Shown here: positions 43,786-54,769 of the stretch, piece by piece
Position numbering within the stretch: position 1 is the first letter of the stretch
Layout of the letters: each line of letters starts with the position of its first letter
DNA from: Andalucia godoyi And28
Lineage: Eukaryota > Protista > Jakobida
DNA: 64,000 bases
NCBI GenBank assembly: GCA_009859145.1
Contig: VRVR01000007.1
Coordinates: 62,001 to 126,000 of the forward strand
Direction of reading: 5' to 3'
Made by a program: the position numbers and the translations under genes
Notes under the pieces: model-generated
Databases searched by the model: none
Told to the model about the DNA's origin: nothing
Seen by the model: the letters and a program-made list of their open reading frames with translations, nothing else

Positions 43786-44230
43786 AGATAATGTTCCGCG
43801 CTCCGTTCCCAATCTCGATCAATCGGTGAACCACTTTCTCAGCGTGACACGTTGTTCCTGAGAAGGGTGCATTTTGATGCTGACGGCCCTAGCAGCAGGC
43901 GTAGTGACACGTGGTCTCTTAATAGGTCTGTGGGACCCAGGAGGCCCTGTATCGAGCGGCGTAGGTGTAGGCGAATGCGTCGTCCCAGCGCACTCACGCC
44001 CATATTTGAATAAAAACGTGAAACCAACGAATGATAGAATAGATGGTTACGGATGCTGCGTTAAAGAGTGTGGAAAATGCAGAGCCTGTGTCACCGGCTG
44101 AATTTTGGCCGAGCGTGCGTAAGCACGAATTCCCTGTGAAACAAAAACGTGCTAATGTCGGCCAGTATTGACCATGTCAGATTATGCATTCTTCCGCATG
44201 CATGACAATGTCGTGTTATTATTCAGCGGT
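43673..44230 (-). mobile_element. Family B copy B2: non-autonomous IS607/Fanzor2 (TnpB)-derived element
   Basis: Reverse complement reads RAVSIKMHPSQEQRVTLRKWFT without frameshift (43890-43825), then IDRDW-NGARNI; lacks ~62 nt present in B1 (flanked by CGCCT microhomology); same ends as B1. Confidence 0.8.
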
Positions 44231-44575
44231 CTGCTTCCAGTGATTCGCCGTCCTAAACTTGTCGTGTCTTGCTGTTTTTCTGATTTTATTCCATTTCCCG
44301 TTGCATGGATTATATTTGCGTTGATACGTTGATGCGTAACGAGTGCTTGCTTGCGTAGTACATGCGGCAGTCTGAAGTCAGAGCGGATAGGTTTGCAGAC
44401 ACGTGCTCTGAATGTGGCATAATTTGTTTGTTCTCTCTGAAGAGCTGCGATCGATTGTCTCCACCCCAAAGTATGTTCTCTCTCCTTTCCGTCCGTTCTG
44501 CTTGCCTTTTTCTGTTTTCTTTCATTTTCAGCGAGTGGTGCTCCCCTCCCCCCTTTTTCCTTCTTTTCACTTACG

Positions 44576-46066
44576 GTGAGCGGGTGTCATAGGTTGCTGG
44601 ACTTGCGTTCCACATCGAATGGCAGCACGCAAGTGACGCAAGAATGCAGGCTGTTTCTGAAGATCTACAACAATCCACATCCATTTTCAAGAATCATTCT
44701 TCAATATACCCGGTCGTATGTTGATCGCTTTGGTGTCATGGGCTTCTGCTTGCTTGACTTTTCAGCAGAATTCATTTCGCGCTTCATCCTCGACTCGAAT
44801 TTGGTCGTCGGGCCTCAGCTGAATTCTGGAGTCCCGCATCGGGGGCTGCCAAATCCACTGAGCAACGGTTCTTCGTCTGTTGCGCTGGACATGCCTGCAT
44901 CGCAGATTTCGTCTGTGCTGCAGAGTCTCAACACATTGTTTTTGCGGGAGCTGCACAAATGTTCTCGAAAACTGGACATCTCGAAAGACATCCGCGCAAT
45001 TTCCGACATGATCGCAGCGTTTTTGATGTCAGATCCCTCGAGGGGATTTCCTCAGGCAAATGCGTCCTTCTGCATGGATGTTACGTCTGCACTGACCTCG
45101 TCGATTGCGATTCTGCAAGCCGTGATTGGTCGGCCGAAGAGTTTCGTTCGCATTCTTCCAATCGTGTCCCCATTGGACAGGTGTTGTTCGGTGGAGTTGT
45201 TCGAGGGTGTGGCGCTGAGTCGATTCACGATCTCGATTCCAAGAAAGAAGATCGGGACTTCCAGGTCTTCTGATTTTTCATTGCTGGGCGTCTCGTGCGT
45301 GGTGTACAAATGCAGTCTTGACTTTGGTAACGACGTCGGATTGATGAAGGAAGAGGCTCTTGGTTCCAATGCCAGCCTTACGAGAGTCCGTGATTTTCTC
45401 CTCCGTGCTTCCTCGAGCATTCACTTGCTCGTCTGTCAGAAGGGAGTCAGTCTCTCGATCAAGGCGGTGTGCGAATCCAGCGGTATCGTGATTCTTGAGC
45501 GACTGTCTCTTCTTCATATTGATTGGGTGTGTGATGCTGCCGGTTGCCAGCCGTTGATGGATGCAGCCATCCTTCCTTCCGAAGTGAATGTAGGGACATT
45601 GGAGTCCGTGGAGGTTTGCAGCGATGGCAGTCTTCTCAAGTTGCGAGCTGGCACTCGTGCATCTGTGGGCGGGGACAAACCTCGAGCGGTAGCGACTCTG
45701 CTAGCGCGTGCTACGGACGAGCTAGCGAGCACGGATTTTGAATCCCGAGTGCAAGACTTGCTGACCTACGCGGCCAATTTAATAATGTCGCCCAACATAA
45801 TTGTACCATCCATGTGTGTCGTCTCGAGTGTTGCTGCAGCAGTGTCGGTCTTCACAATCGGATTGGAATCTATGCCTTTACGGCTTCGTGCAAAGTGCGC
45901 ACGATATTCATCATTGCTGACTCGCGTGTTTGAATCGTGCTGTGCTCGGTGGTTCCCATCGCAGTTTGCTGTTCAGTTTGACACTCTTGCTGAAATGTTC
46001 ACGTCCTTTGTCGAGTTGGTCTGCACCATCATATCCAGCGATGGCATTTTGTTTGATAATTCCTGA
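44576..46066 (+). CDS. Chaperonin-like BBSome assembly protein (BBS6/MKKS-like); 5' end probably in an upstream exon
   Basis: HPFSRII, LLVCQKGV....K......I..LERL segment resembling MKKS; no ATG at the ORF start. Confidence 0.6.
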   Translation: MSGCHRLLDLRSTSNGSTQVTQECRLFLKIYNNPHPFSRIILQYTRSYVDRFGVMGFCLLDFSAEFISRFILDSNLVVGPQLNSGVPHRGLPNPLSNGSSSVALDMPASQISSVLQSLNTLFLRELHKCSRKLDISKDIRAISDMIAAFLMSDPSRGFPQANASFCMDVTSALTSSIAILQAVIGRPKSFVRILPIVSPLDRCCSVELFEGVALSRFTISIPRKKIGTSRSSDFSLLGVSCVVYKCSLDFGNDVGLMKEEALGSNASLTRVRDFLLRASSSIHLLVCQKGVSLSIKAVCESSGIVILERLSLLHIDWVCDAAGCQPLMDAAILPSEVNVGTLESVEVCSDGSLLKLRAGTRASVGGDKPRAVATLLARATDELASTDFESRVQDLLTYAANLIMSPNIIVPSMCVVSSVAAAVSVFTIGLESMPLRLRAKCARYSSLLTRVFESCCARWFPSQFAVQFDTLAEMFTSFVELVCTIISSDGILFDNS

Positions 46067-46173
46067 AACGCATCTACGTCTGTGCGGTGTGACGGCGTGC
46101 CTTTTACACATGGGCTGGGCTGGAAGCTAACGCAACAATTTTACAGCGTGATTTCTTTTCTCCCAATTGATTC

Positions 46174-48516
46174 TTAGAATACGTAGCGCTGATCCATGTG
46201 CTGTCTGACTTCCTGATAGGTGCGCAGACTCTCAATGAGTTGCGACAATTCCATGCTGCGCGTTTTGCTATCACGATCAACGGACGCAACAGCCTCCTCC
46301 AAATGCGTCAGCTGGTCTTCTCCCGCTTCGCTTTCAAGACCGCCCTCGCTTTCCGCAGCTGCGCCAAACGCCGACAAGGACGAATTCGCGCGCAAGTTGT
46401 CCGAGTCTGAAACAGAACCCTGCGCGCTTAGCAGGTTCATATCCTTTCTGCGAGCAGCAGCAGCTACCTGGATGTTGCTTGGTGTAAACACGATACCACC
46501 CGTGGGGATTGAAACCGTGGATCGGCTGGTATGCGGCGAATTAATCGTGATCGACATACTCGACATTGCACGCTCCTGGTGCGTGACACTGCGAAGCCGG
46601 GACTTTGGGTCGACGGACTTCTTGGACTCAACAGACATTCCCGTCGCCCTTCCATCAAACGACGTGGTTCGCACCGAACGAGACGAGTGCCCATCGCTTC
46701 CATTTTCGATCTGGTCATACGTCAGCCCGTGAAGTTGGATCTTGAGTCCGCGGCGTTCATACTGATGGCGAACTCGCAGAGCATTCTGCACAAACAAGAG
46801 AAGATGCTCGGGATGAATTCGCATCTGCTCGATAATCGACTTCATGCCCTCTCGCTCCTGTTCCTTCATAAAATCGCAGCGCGCATTATACAACCGCTCT
46901 CGGAGCTTCTCTTCAAGCCCTTCCACAAACGACTCCATATGCACATCAAATCGATGCTCAAGCTGAGATCGGAAGGAAGCCTCCTTTTCTTGAAACACGG
47001 CCTGCGCACGCTGCGCTCCTTCGGAGAACATGATTGCGTAATGGTCCGTGTCATCCGCATACTGGCCCGCCATTCGGTGGACTTCGTCTTGCTGGACGTG
47101 GAGCACTTGCTGGTGCGAAACAGTTTGAAGAATCAGGGTATCCAGCAACCCACGAAGGTCGTCCATTGTCGCCTTTTCGGTCTGCTCTCGCAGGACACGA
47201 GATCTCATAAACTCTTCCTTGCGCCTGATAATCTCGTCGTCGACCATCTCCTTGCGCATCCGGGCTTCCTCTGCGTCCAGCTCCTGCTCGGCTTCCAGCT
47301 GAATTCGGTCAGCCACACTTGCTGGTAAGTCCCGCGAAATACGCAGCTTGGGCATCCGACCTGCAAGATGCAGGAATCTGATGGACGCAAGAAACTGAGG
47401 ATCCCTCATCTTGTACTTCTCCTCAATTTCCGCGACCTTTTCCATCCAGTGATCCGCATACGAGTCGTGCACAATGTTGAGAACCAGAGAAGCCCGCTTC
47501 TTGAACGCCTCTAGCTCTGCAATGTGTTGGTTCTTCAGTTTGATAATTCTACCGCACGCCTCTTTCCTCACGTCTTTTCTAGCATCTTCAATCACTTCAG
47601 AAGCGTGGTGCCTGTGCTCAGCGCGAAGACCGTTCACCGCAGACTGGTGCTCTTCGAGCATCCTTGTTCTCTGGAGTTCATTCTGTGCCGACTGCAATGT
47701 CGTCTCAAACGACTTTCGGTTTTCCGCAAGCCTTGTATTCAACTGTTCTTCCTGTGTCTTTGCAACCTCCAGACACTTCTTATCTTCCTCTGCCGAGACA
47801 AGAGCCATCAGCTCTTCCACATCGCGCTGCTGTTTGGCCTCCAGCTCTGCAAAGTCCTGGAGCACTGGGCCAAAATCTGGGTTCCCTGATTCGTCGGTCA
47901 TAGACTGACGTAAAAACGCAAAGGACTCGCCCTGCTTTTGCAATTTTCGTGCAATCCACAACACCCCGTCGAAAATATCAAGCTCGGGGGTCGCTTCTCG
48001 AGCTGCATCCTTCACAATGCTAATGCCTGCCGAATTGGCATTCTGGCCCTGGCTCTGGCTCTGATGATTGCTGCTGTGATAATCGACGCGATCCGGGATG
48101 TTCAACGTCGGGACACTGAGTATGTGACTGCTGCTATTGCTACTATAGAGACCACCAGGGTGTTGCGGATAGCTCTCCTGACCAGCATTAACATCACACG
48201 ACTCTTCTTGCCTGCCTGACTTTTCAGGATTGTCATTCAGATTGTCCCCATCCATAGCCGATTCCTCGTCTTCTGCATTCATCATCTGTGTTTCGGAATG
48301 TCCGCTGGAAGGCCTCGGCGACACTCCAGTTCGAACCTTTACAATTTCATTCGTCAGTTCCTCGAGTTCAGCCGCAGAAAAGTCAGACTGCAACTTCAGA
48401 GTCAAATCTCCAAGAACATTTCCAAGAGCAGGAAGCACCTTTTCAATCAAATACTGAATTTCCGGAGACCGGTGTCCAAACTGCTGGACAAGAGATCCAA
48501 GATCCAGCAACGACAT
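46174..48516 (-). CDS. Coiled-coil hypothetical protein with possible Dpy-30/RIIa-like docking motif
   Basis: 780-aa ORF; YLIEKVLPAL...L and DGVLWIARKL; long heptad-rich region. Confidence 0.7.
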   Translation of the reverse strand: MSLLDLGSLVQQFGHRSPEIQYLIEKVLPALGNVLGDLTLKLQSDFSAAELEELTNEIVKVRTGVSPRPSSGHSETQMMNAEDEESAMDGDNLNDNPEKSGRQEESCDVNAGQESYPQHPGGLYSSNSSSHILSVPTLNIPDRVDYHSSNHQSQSQGQNANSAGISIVKDAAREATPELDIFDGVLWIARKLQKQGESFAFLRQSMTDESGNPDFGPVLQDFAELEAKQQRDVEELMALVSAEEDKKCLEVAKTQEEQLNTRLAENRKSFETTLQSAQNELQRTRMLEEHQSAVNGLRAEHRHHASEVIEDARKDVRKEACGRIIKLKNQHIAELEAFKKRASLVLNIVHDSYADHWMEKVAEIEEKYKMRDPQFLASIRFLHLAGRMPKLRISRDLPASVADRIQLEAEQELDAEEARMRKEMVDDEIIRRKEEFMRSRVLREQTEKATMDDLRGLLDTLILQTVSHQQVLHVQQDEVHRMAGQYADDTDHYAIMFSEGAQRAQAVFQEKEASFRSQLEHRFDVHMESFVEGLEEKLRERLYNARCDFMKEQEREGMKSIIEQMRIHPEHLLLFVQNALRVRHQYERRGLKIQLHGLTYDQIENGSDGHSSRSVRTTSFDGRATGMSVESKKSVDPKSRLRSVTHQERAMSSMSITINSPHTSRSTVSIPTGGIVFTPSNIQVAAAARRKDMNLLSAQGSVSDSDNLRANSSLSAFGAAAESEGGLESEAGEDQLTHLEEAVASVDRDSKTRSMELSQLIESLRTYQEVRQHMDQRYVF

Positions 48517-49753
48517 CCTCTCTTTTTCTTTTTTTCAATTACGATTGTGTCTCCTTCTCCGCCACTCCAACTCTCTGCCCCACTGTGCTCCACTCTGCCT
48601 CTTCTTCTGTGGAATGACCGACAACGAAATATCAAAAAAAAGAAGAAAAGAATGGAATGAAGGAAGTAAAGAAAGAAAGAAAAAAATGGCATTCGTACAA
48701 AGCAGAAACGGAAACGTCTTTTGTTTCAATTGTATAAGCGGGTTTCTTAACTGCCAAAACTACGGTAGACCGTTTTGTTTATGAACCTCATACATCAAAT
48801 CAAACAATACGTAGGTATTATATATCTAGTAAAAGTATTTTTCATCAACACAAAGGTTTCTTTTCCCAGAATTTCCTTCATTCATCACTTTTTTTAATCC
48901 TTCTATTATTCTTTCTGTTTGTGTTTTTTTTTTAATAATCGAACCCTCAAGCCGCACCTTTCATCAAAGACAAATCATCTCATGGCTCCAAAGAGGGATC
49001 TTCCCATCAAACTCAGACCGGCCATGCCCGACGGTGCCGAGAACCAAGAAAGTCGTGGTTGCGACGACCCTTTGATGCAGAGCAGTCTGCATTGAAGAGG
49101 TGGTGCTCGCCCCAATTAACAAAAAAATAAAAAAATTAATCAATAAAAATTGAGGCTTGCATCTATCTTCGGGGACAGCTTAGCCCGATGATCAATAATG
49201 ATTCATGTCTTTGACGAGCGGGGAGAAAACACATTCTTGCTTTTTATTGGAAATGAAATTTGACAACACAAGACCACATAACAACAAACACACGGCAATC
49301 TGAAGAAACAGCAATCTGAAGTTACCAAACCCATAAACAACATCACCACACACACATGTATAATCAGGGCATCCAGAAAACGACAGGCAAAACGGAAGGG
49401 AAAGCAAAACATGGAAACACAAACTAGCGAATTGGAACCTCCGTCGCGCTTCCCCCTAATTAACTAAAACGCATACAGATGAAAAAGAGAGCCACAAAAT
49501 AAAAAAAGAAGAAAAAGGAACAGAGAGGCCTGGACGGGAAGGGAAAAAAAAGAATACATGACAAGGAACACTCAACGAAAAACAACATCATCACCAACCG
49601 GACCATTTCCATCATCAGCATCCAGATCCGGGACGGAAGAGGGAGGGAGGCACGTCAAACAGGGGTGGGTGAAAACTGTTTTTTCCATAGTTGTTACTGC
49701 TGTTTTTGTCGTCCGTTTCGCACGTCCAAGGGACAGTCTCTCCGTTTCTCTGC

Positions 49754-50809
49754 CTACTTTGCATTGAGTGGCTTACGTGCAACAATGAAAAGTTCGGGAG
49801 TGAAGATCTTTGCCTTTCCACCCTCGACAAGGGCGTCTGCAGCGTCGTTGAGGAGCTGGGCAACCGATGCAGAGCCATGAGGGGCAAGCTTAACAGCCTC
49901 CATACCATGAAGCATGAACTTTGTGCATTCTCTTCCGAAGCGAGTTCTCTTGAATCCAGAGAGCGACATCTTTCCGTCGAGCGGGTCGTACCAAGGGACA
50001 TGGGCGTCAATGTTGCCTTCTTCAGAGGCCAAATCACGGACGATTTCCACTTCGAAACCGACGTTCTTCATTGCCTCCACGCAGCGAGGGATGGTGTCGA
50101 GTGACGGCAGACCATCGCCGACTTCGATGGCAAGCTTGATTCTACGATGCTCTGCATTCTGAGGGTCATACTTGTCGGTCATGCACCACTCATAGATGCA
50201 ATACCTTCCGCCGGGCTTGATGGCACGGAATGCCTCCTTATAGACGTCTTCCTTGCGAGGCGCATGGCACGTGGCTTCGATGGCGTACGCAGCGTCAAAC
50301 GAGTTGTCAGCAAACGGAAGCTTGAGGAAGTTACCCTGCACTACCTGGCACAGCTGTTCAAGTGCGTTGTTCTTGTTGTGCAGACGAGCGCGGGACACCT
50401 GGTACTCGTTGATCGTGATTCCAGTGACGGACGCACCAGTGAACCGCGCAATGTTTCGCATCGGACCACCGACTCCGCAACCCATATCCAGCACCTTGGA
50501 ACCTCGGGTCACTCCCAGATACGACGCAAGGAAATGCTCGTGGCGAACCATCGATGCCGCAAACGTCTCTCCCTGGAATCGAGTGGCAAAGTGGAACGAC
50601 TGGCCCCATCCGTACTCGTAGAATGAAGTCACGACATTGTAGTACGTGTCCACGATGAACGAGTACTTTGCGCGGCGCTCATCCGTCTTCTCATCCGGAC
50701 GATGGTCGCGGAAAAGCGAGTTGTACTCATCAACAACATCCGAAAGCGAACCCTGCTTCACATTTTTCTGGATCGCAGTGATCTCGCCCATTCCAAGTAG
50801 TTGGCTCAT
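49754..50809 (-). CDS. SMT1: Sterol C-24 methyltransferase
   Basis: YYNVVTSFYEYGWGQSFHFA, LDMGCGVGGP, YAIEATCHAP, IEVGDGLP; start at MSQLLGM. Confidence 0.96.
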   Translation of the reverse strand: MSQLLGMGEITAIQKNVKQGSLSDVVDEYNSLFRDHRPDEKTDERRAKYSFIVDTYYNVVTSFYEYGWGQSFHFATRFQGETFAASMVRHEHFLASYLGVTRGSKVLDMGCGVGGPMRNIARFTGASVTGITINEYQVSRARLHNKNNALEQLCQVVQGNFLKLPFADNSFDAAYAIEATCHAPRKEDVYKEAFRAIKPGGRYCIYEWCMTDKYDPQNAEHRRIKLAIEVGDGLPSLDTIPRCVEAMKNVGFEVEIVRDLASEEGNIDAHVPWYDPLDGKMSLSGFKRTRFGRECTKFMLHGMEAVKLAPHGSASVAQLLNDAADALVEGGKAKIFTPELFIVARKPLNAK

Positions 50810-51318
50810 TTTTCTTTTTGTTTCCTCTTTCCTCTCTCTTTTCTTTCTAGTCAGAAGAGACCTTTCACCCTTGTTTGATAAAACGGTGTCGAAAGGAACG
50901 AAAATGTCGGAAGGAAAAAAGACGAAAGGAAGGAAGGAAAGCGGGAAAAAAGAAAGAAAACAGAAAAACAAAAAACCAAACACGAAAAACAAAAACAAAA
51001 AAGAGAAAGGAGGCGAAGGGCGGAAGCAAGCAAGCAAGCAGGAAAAAATTACAAAGTAAAGGAGAAAGCGTGAGTGAGTGAGTGAGTGAGTAAGAGAGAA
51101 GGGAGAGAAGGAGAGACAGAGAGAGACAGAGAGAGAGATTACGGACTTTTGGGGGGGCGGCTGGCATAAGTGTAGAGCCAGAAAAGAGCGGAGAGTTAGG
51201 GCTTGGCGCGAATGGGCAACTTAGCGCATCGGCCCGAGAGTCGGCTGTGTGGTGTTGATGGGGAGTAGCCTTTCCGCGGATGAAATTCTCCGGAGTCTTT
51301 TTATTGGGTGTCGTGTTT

Positions 51319-51332
51319 GCATCACGTGATGC
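51319..51332. promoter_or_regulatory. Perfect 14-bp palindrome containing an E-box (GCATCACGTGATGC)
   Basis: Sequence seen directly, in the SMT1/kinesin divergent promoter; function inferred. Confidence 0.35.
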
Positions 51333-51723
51333 TTCTAGCGAATCGTTAAAATAAAATAAAAACCTACAGCAAATGACCCTTTGATCAACTTCAGAACCAG
51401 GAACACACTCTTTCTCTCTCTGTGTCGAACGGACGAAACCCTTCTCTCTGTTCATTCGTTTGTGATTCTTTAGTTTTCTTATCTTGACTGCATAATCTTT
51501 CCCTTCACCCTTTCCTTCTTCCTTCTTTTTTCAAACTAGGAATCAAGAGGAGGAGCTCAAAAAATTCAACGGCTTGACGGCATCCGAGGGACGTACAAAT
51601 AGGATACTTTTGGTCTTCGTCTGTTGGATTTGTTTCCTTCTTGTTTACTGAGTGTGTGAGTGTGAGTCATTGATTGAGCGATTGTGATTGTGATTGTGAT
51701 TTTGGTAGGGGGTTTGTTCGTCA

Positions 51724-54555
51724 ATGAGTTTGGAAAGAGTACTGGCTATGATGGATGGAAGCGCTTCTCGATCACGTCCTTCGCTATCCTCGTCCTCGTC
51801 CTCGTCCTTGTCTCCATCGTTGTCATCATATGCAGGGTTCAGTGCTCCTTCCCCATCATCATCAGCATCTTCTGCCTTTGCTTTTTCTTCTGGTGCTGGT
51901 TCAGGTTTAGGTCAGGTTGCGAGTGCGAGCTCAGCATCTTCTGCACACCAAGTGTTCAATCCTTCTGCTTTACAGGAAGCTGCCGCGAGAATCCAGCAAA
52001 GATATCCTGCTGCAAATGGCGGTCCGAGAGCCGCGTCCAGTGGGAATGCGAGTGCCGTGACGCTGGGAACTGCTGCGAACGCGAACCACCATTTGTCAAC
52101 GGATGAACTGGCATATCGAACGCTGCGGCGATCGAATTCTACGTCGAATGCACCGACTCCCACTTCCGCTTCTTCTGCTTCATCAAGCTCCAGTAATTTC
52201 CAATCGAATGGAAATTCGCAGGCGTATGGATCTGCAAGTCCGTCTGCGTCTGCATCGCACTTCCGATCGTCCACAGGTTCGTCGTCCGCGTTTGCAGCAG
52301 TTGACTTTTCGTCGTATGGGAACGCACATGCGCCTGGCGGTGGATCGCAAGCTTCAAGTGGGCTTACGTCGGCCACTGCAAATACGGGCTCTCAGAACCA
52401 GCTGAACAGAGTGAGGGTTGCGGTGCGTGTTCGGCCTCCTATCCCAGAGGATTTGGCCACGGATGTGTACGGATCGTTTGACAACTGCGCCCGTGTTGAC
52501 GAGAGGAACGGTACGGTTTGCTTGTCGCGTGCAACGTATGACGACCGCGAGTTCAGAGTTGATAGAGCATTGTCCCCGGATGCATCGCAGGAAGTCATGT
52601 ATAACGTCGTTGCCGAAGACATTGTGGATGATGTGCTCAAGGGGTACAATGGAACTGTGTTGGCGTACGGTCAGACGGGAACCGGAAAGACCTGGACCAT
52701 GTTTGGGCCGTCGTCACACTGGGAACAGCCGGACATTAGTAGAATGGTCACCTCTTCCTCAGGTCCTGCTGCTGTTTCTGGAGTGTCGGGAGTTCCCGCT
52801 TCTGGGACGTCTGCAGTGCCGAACTCGGGGATCACCGGCCCAGACGGGTTCAAATGGATTTTGGATTCGCGGGCCGGCGTGATTCCCCGAGCCGTGCGCC
52901 AGATCTTCTCTCACATTGAGAAACATATGCACACGGTCGAGTTTCGTGTGACGGTCTCTTTTTTGCAGATATACATGGAGAACATCATGGACTTGCTAGA
53001 CGCCGGAAAGACGAATCTGGCAATTCGAGAAGATCCAAAGCAAGGCTTGTTTGTAGACGGGCTGACGCAGGTGGCCGTGCGATCTCCGGCAGACATGCTG
53101 GAAGTCATTCAAGAAGGGGCGCGCAATAGGGCAATTACATCGACCAACATGAACAAGGTATCCTCCCGTTCTCATGTGATCCTGATGCTGACGATTGAAC
53201 AGCGGAGCCGTCAGTCAACTGGTGGAAACAGTGCAACCACCAATTCAAGCGGAAACAACAACAGCAGCAATCCTAACAGCAGTCACAGTGCGCAAGGGAA
53301 CAATGTAAAGCGCGGCGTGCTCACAATTGTCGATCTTGCTGGATCGGAGCGTGTCTCAAAGTCGCTGTCGGAAGGACAGCGACTTGAGGAAGCGAAGAAA
53401 ATCAACAAGTCTCTCTCGGCTCTCGGTAATTGCGTTGCTGCCCTCACTGAACCAAACATGTCGTACGTGCCGTTCCGTGACTCAAAACTGACAAGACTCC
53501 TGACCGAGTCTCTCGGCGGTAATTCAAAAACCTGTTTGTGTGCTACCATCGGGCCTGCAGTTGTGAACTATGAAGAATCGCATTCGACGCTGCTGTTCGC
53601 AACACGTGCCATGGCAGTGAGAAATCATGCGGTCATCAACGAGGTTGTTGATTTCAAGACACTTACTGGCTCCCTCCAGCGTCAAATTACGCAGATGCAA
53701 GACGAAAAGTCTCGACTTGTCGCAAGAAATGTTGATTTGGAGCGGGAAATTTCTCGCTTGCGCGGCGAAGTGGATGAGCTTCGGCGATTGCATTCGGTGA
53801 CCCAGACGCAGTTGCTCCCGTCGGACATGCTGAGTTCAATGGATCCGCATCCCCATCATCACCATCACCATCAACAACAACAACAACAACAGCAACCGCA
53901 ACCGCAACCGCAGCAACAACATCAAATCGCCCAACAGATGGTGCCGATGACACTCGGCATGCCTGCTCCTGTGCAAGGTCTTCCTCCCCGTCCCTCCTCT
54001 GCAATGTCAACCAATTCTCGAGCGAGCGTAGTGCACAACAATGAGAATGTTGCGCCTCATCAGAATTTCATGGTTGAACAACAGCGCCCTGGCTCAGCGC
54101 AGAGCTTTGTGAGTGTCGGATCCGTGGACCCTGTTTGGGAACAACGAGAGCGCGAATTGGTTGCGAAGTTTTCAAATATCATTCAGCATTTGCAAATGGA
54201 AATTGCAAAGCAAAATTATGCACAGGTTGCGCAGCAGCAGCAGCCTCCACCCGCCAAGAACATCCAGAATGGCGTTGCAGGATCGAACGCTTCGTTTGCC
54301 CATGTCCTCTCATCTTTGCTGCAGTCGCTGAACCAACAAGCCACTCATGCAACGGCGGGAACGCCGCGCAGCAATTTCCATTCCCCAGCGTTCCCTGCCC
54401 CCAGCCCGTCGCATTCGACTGTACAGTTGAATGCGTCTACCATTGAAAGCGATGCTGTCGTGGATCAGTTGATCAGTTCTATTGTGAATATCCCAGTGCT
54501 GCGTAATCGTCTTGTGGAACGATTGCATACTGCGGAAGAAAAGTTGGCCAAGTAA
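51724..54555 (+). CDS. Kinesin motor protein with low-complexity N- and C-termini
   Basis: VRVAVRVRP, GYNGTVLAYGQTGTGKT, SSRSH, DLAGSER, INKSLSALG, VPFRDSKLTRLL; coiled coil. Confidence 0.96.
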   Translation: MSLERVLAMMDGSASRSRPSLSSSSSSSLSPSLSSYAGFSAPSPSSSASSAFAFSSGAGSGLGQVASASSASSAHQVFNPSALQEAAARIQQRYPAANGGPRAASSGNASAVTLGTAANANHHLSTDELAYRTLRRSNSTSNAPTPTSASSASSSSSNFQSNGNSQAYGSASPSASASHFRSSTGSSSAFAAVDFSSYGNAHAPGGGSQASSGLTSATANTGSQNQLNRVRVAVRVRPPIPEDLATDVYGSFDNCARVDERNGTVCLSRATYDDREFRVDRALSPDASQEVMYNVVAEDIVDDVLKGYNGTVLAYGQTGTGKTWTMFGPSSHWEQPDISRMVTSSSGPAAVSGVSGVPASGTSAVPNSGITGPDGFKWILDSRAGVIPRAVRQIFSHIEKHMHTVEFRVTVSFLQIYMENIMDLLDAGKTNLAIREDPKQGLFVDGLTQVAVRSPADMLEVIQEGARNRAITSTNMNKVSSRSHVILMLTIEQRSRQSTGGNSATTNSSGNNNSSNPNSSHSAQGNNVKRGVLTIVDLAGSERVSKSLSEGQRLEEAKKINKSLSALGNCVAALTEPNMSYVPFRDSKLTRLLTESLGGNSKTCLCATIGPAVVNYEESHSTLLFATRAMAVRNHAVINEVVDFKTLTGSLQRQITQMQDEKSRLVARNVDLEREISRLRGEVDELRRLHSVTQTQLLPSDMLSSMDPHPHHHHHHQQQQQQQQPQPQPQQQHQIAQQMVPMTLGMPAPVQGLPPRPSSAMSTNSRASVVHNNENVAPHQNFMVEQQRPGSAQSFVSVGSVDPVWEQRERELVAKFSNIIQHLQMEIAKQNYAQVAQQQQPPPAKNIQNGVAGSNASFAHVLSSLLQSLNQQATHATAGTPRSNFHSPAFPAPSPSHSTVQLNASTIESDAVVDQLISSIVNIPVLRNRLVERLHTAEEKLAK

Positions 54556-54769
54556 CGACACACCTCTTTTAATTAATTTTCGGCTTCTTCTATTTTGTTT
54601 TGTGTGTATGCGTGCGTGTGTGTTTGTGCAAGCGTGCGCTCGTCTGCATGCCTGCCCCCCGCGCCTGTGATCCTCGCATTTTGATACCTCTTGTCAGAAA
54701 GAATAATATTCAGTGCTTGTTGAATTTTTGAATGGTCACACTGACTTTAACGTTAAAATGTACATTTCG

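Noticed and set aside
48940-49115. GC-richer island with small hairpins, a GGTTCGATT T-loop-like motif (minus strand) and IKLRP / VVVA-DP peptides
   Set aside because: No tRNA cloverleaf or T-stem pairing, no match to snRNA, SRP or RNase P motifs I know, and the TnpB-like peptides are too short to support a call
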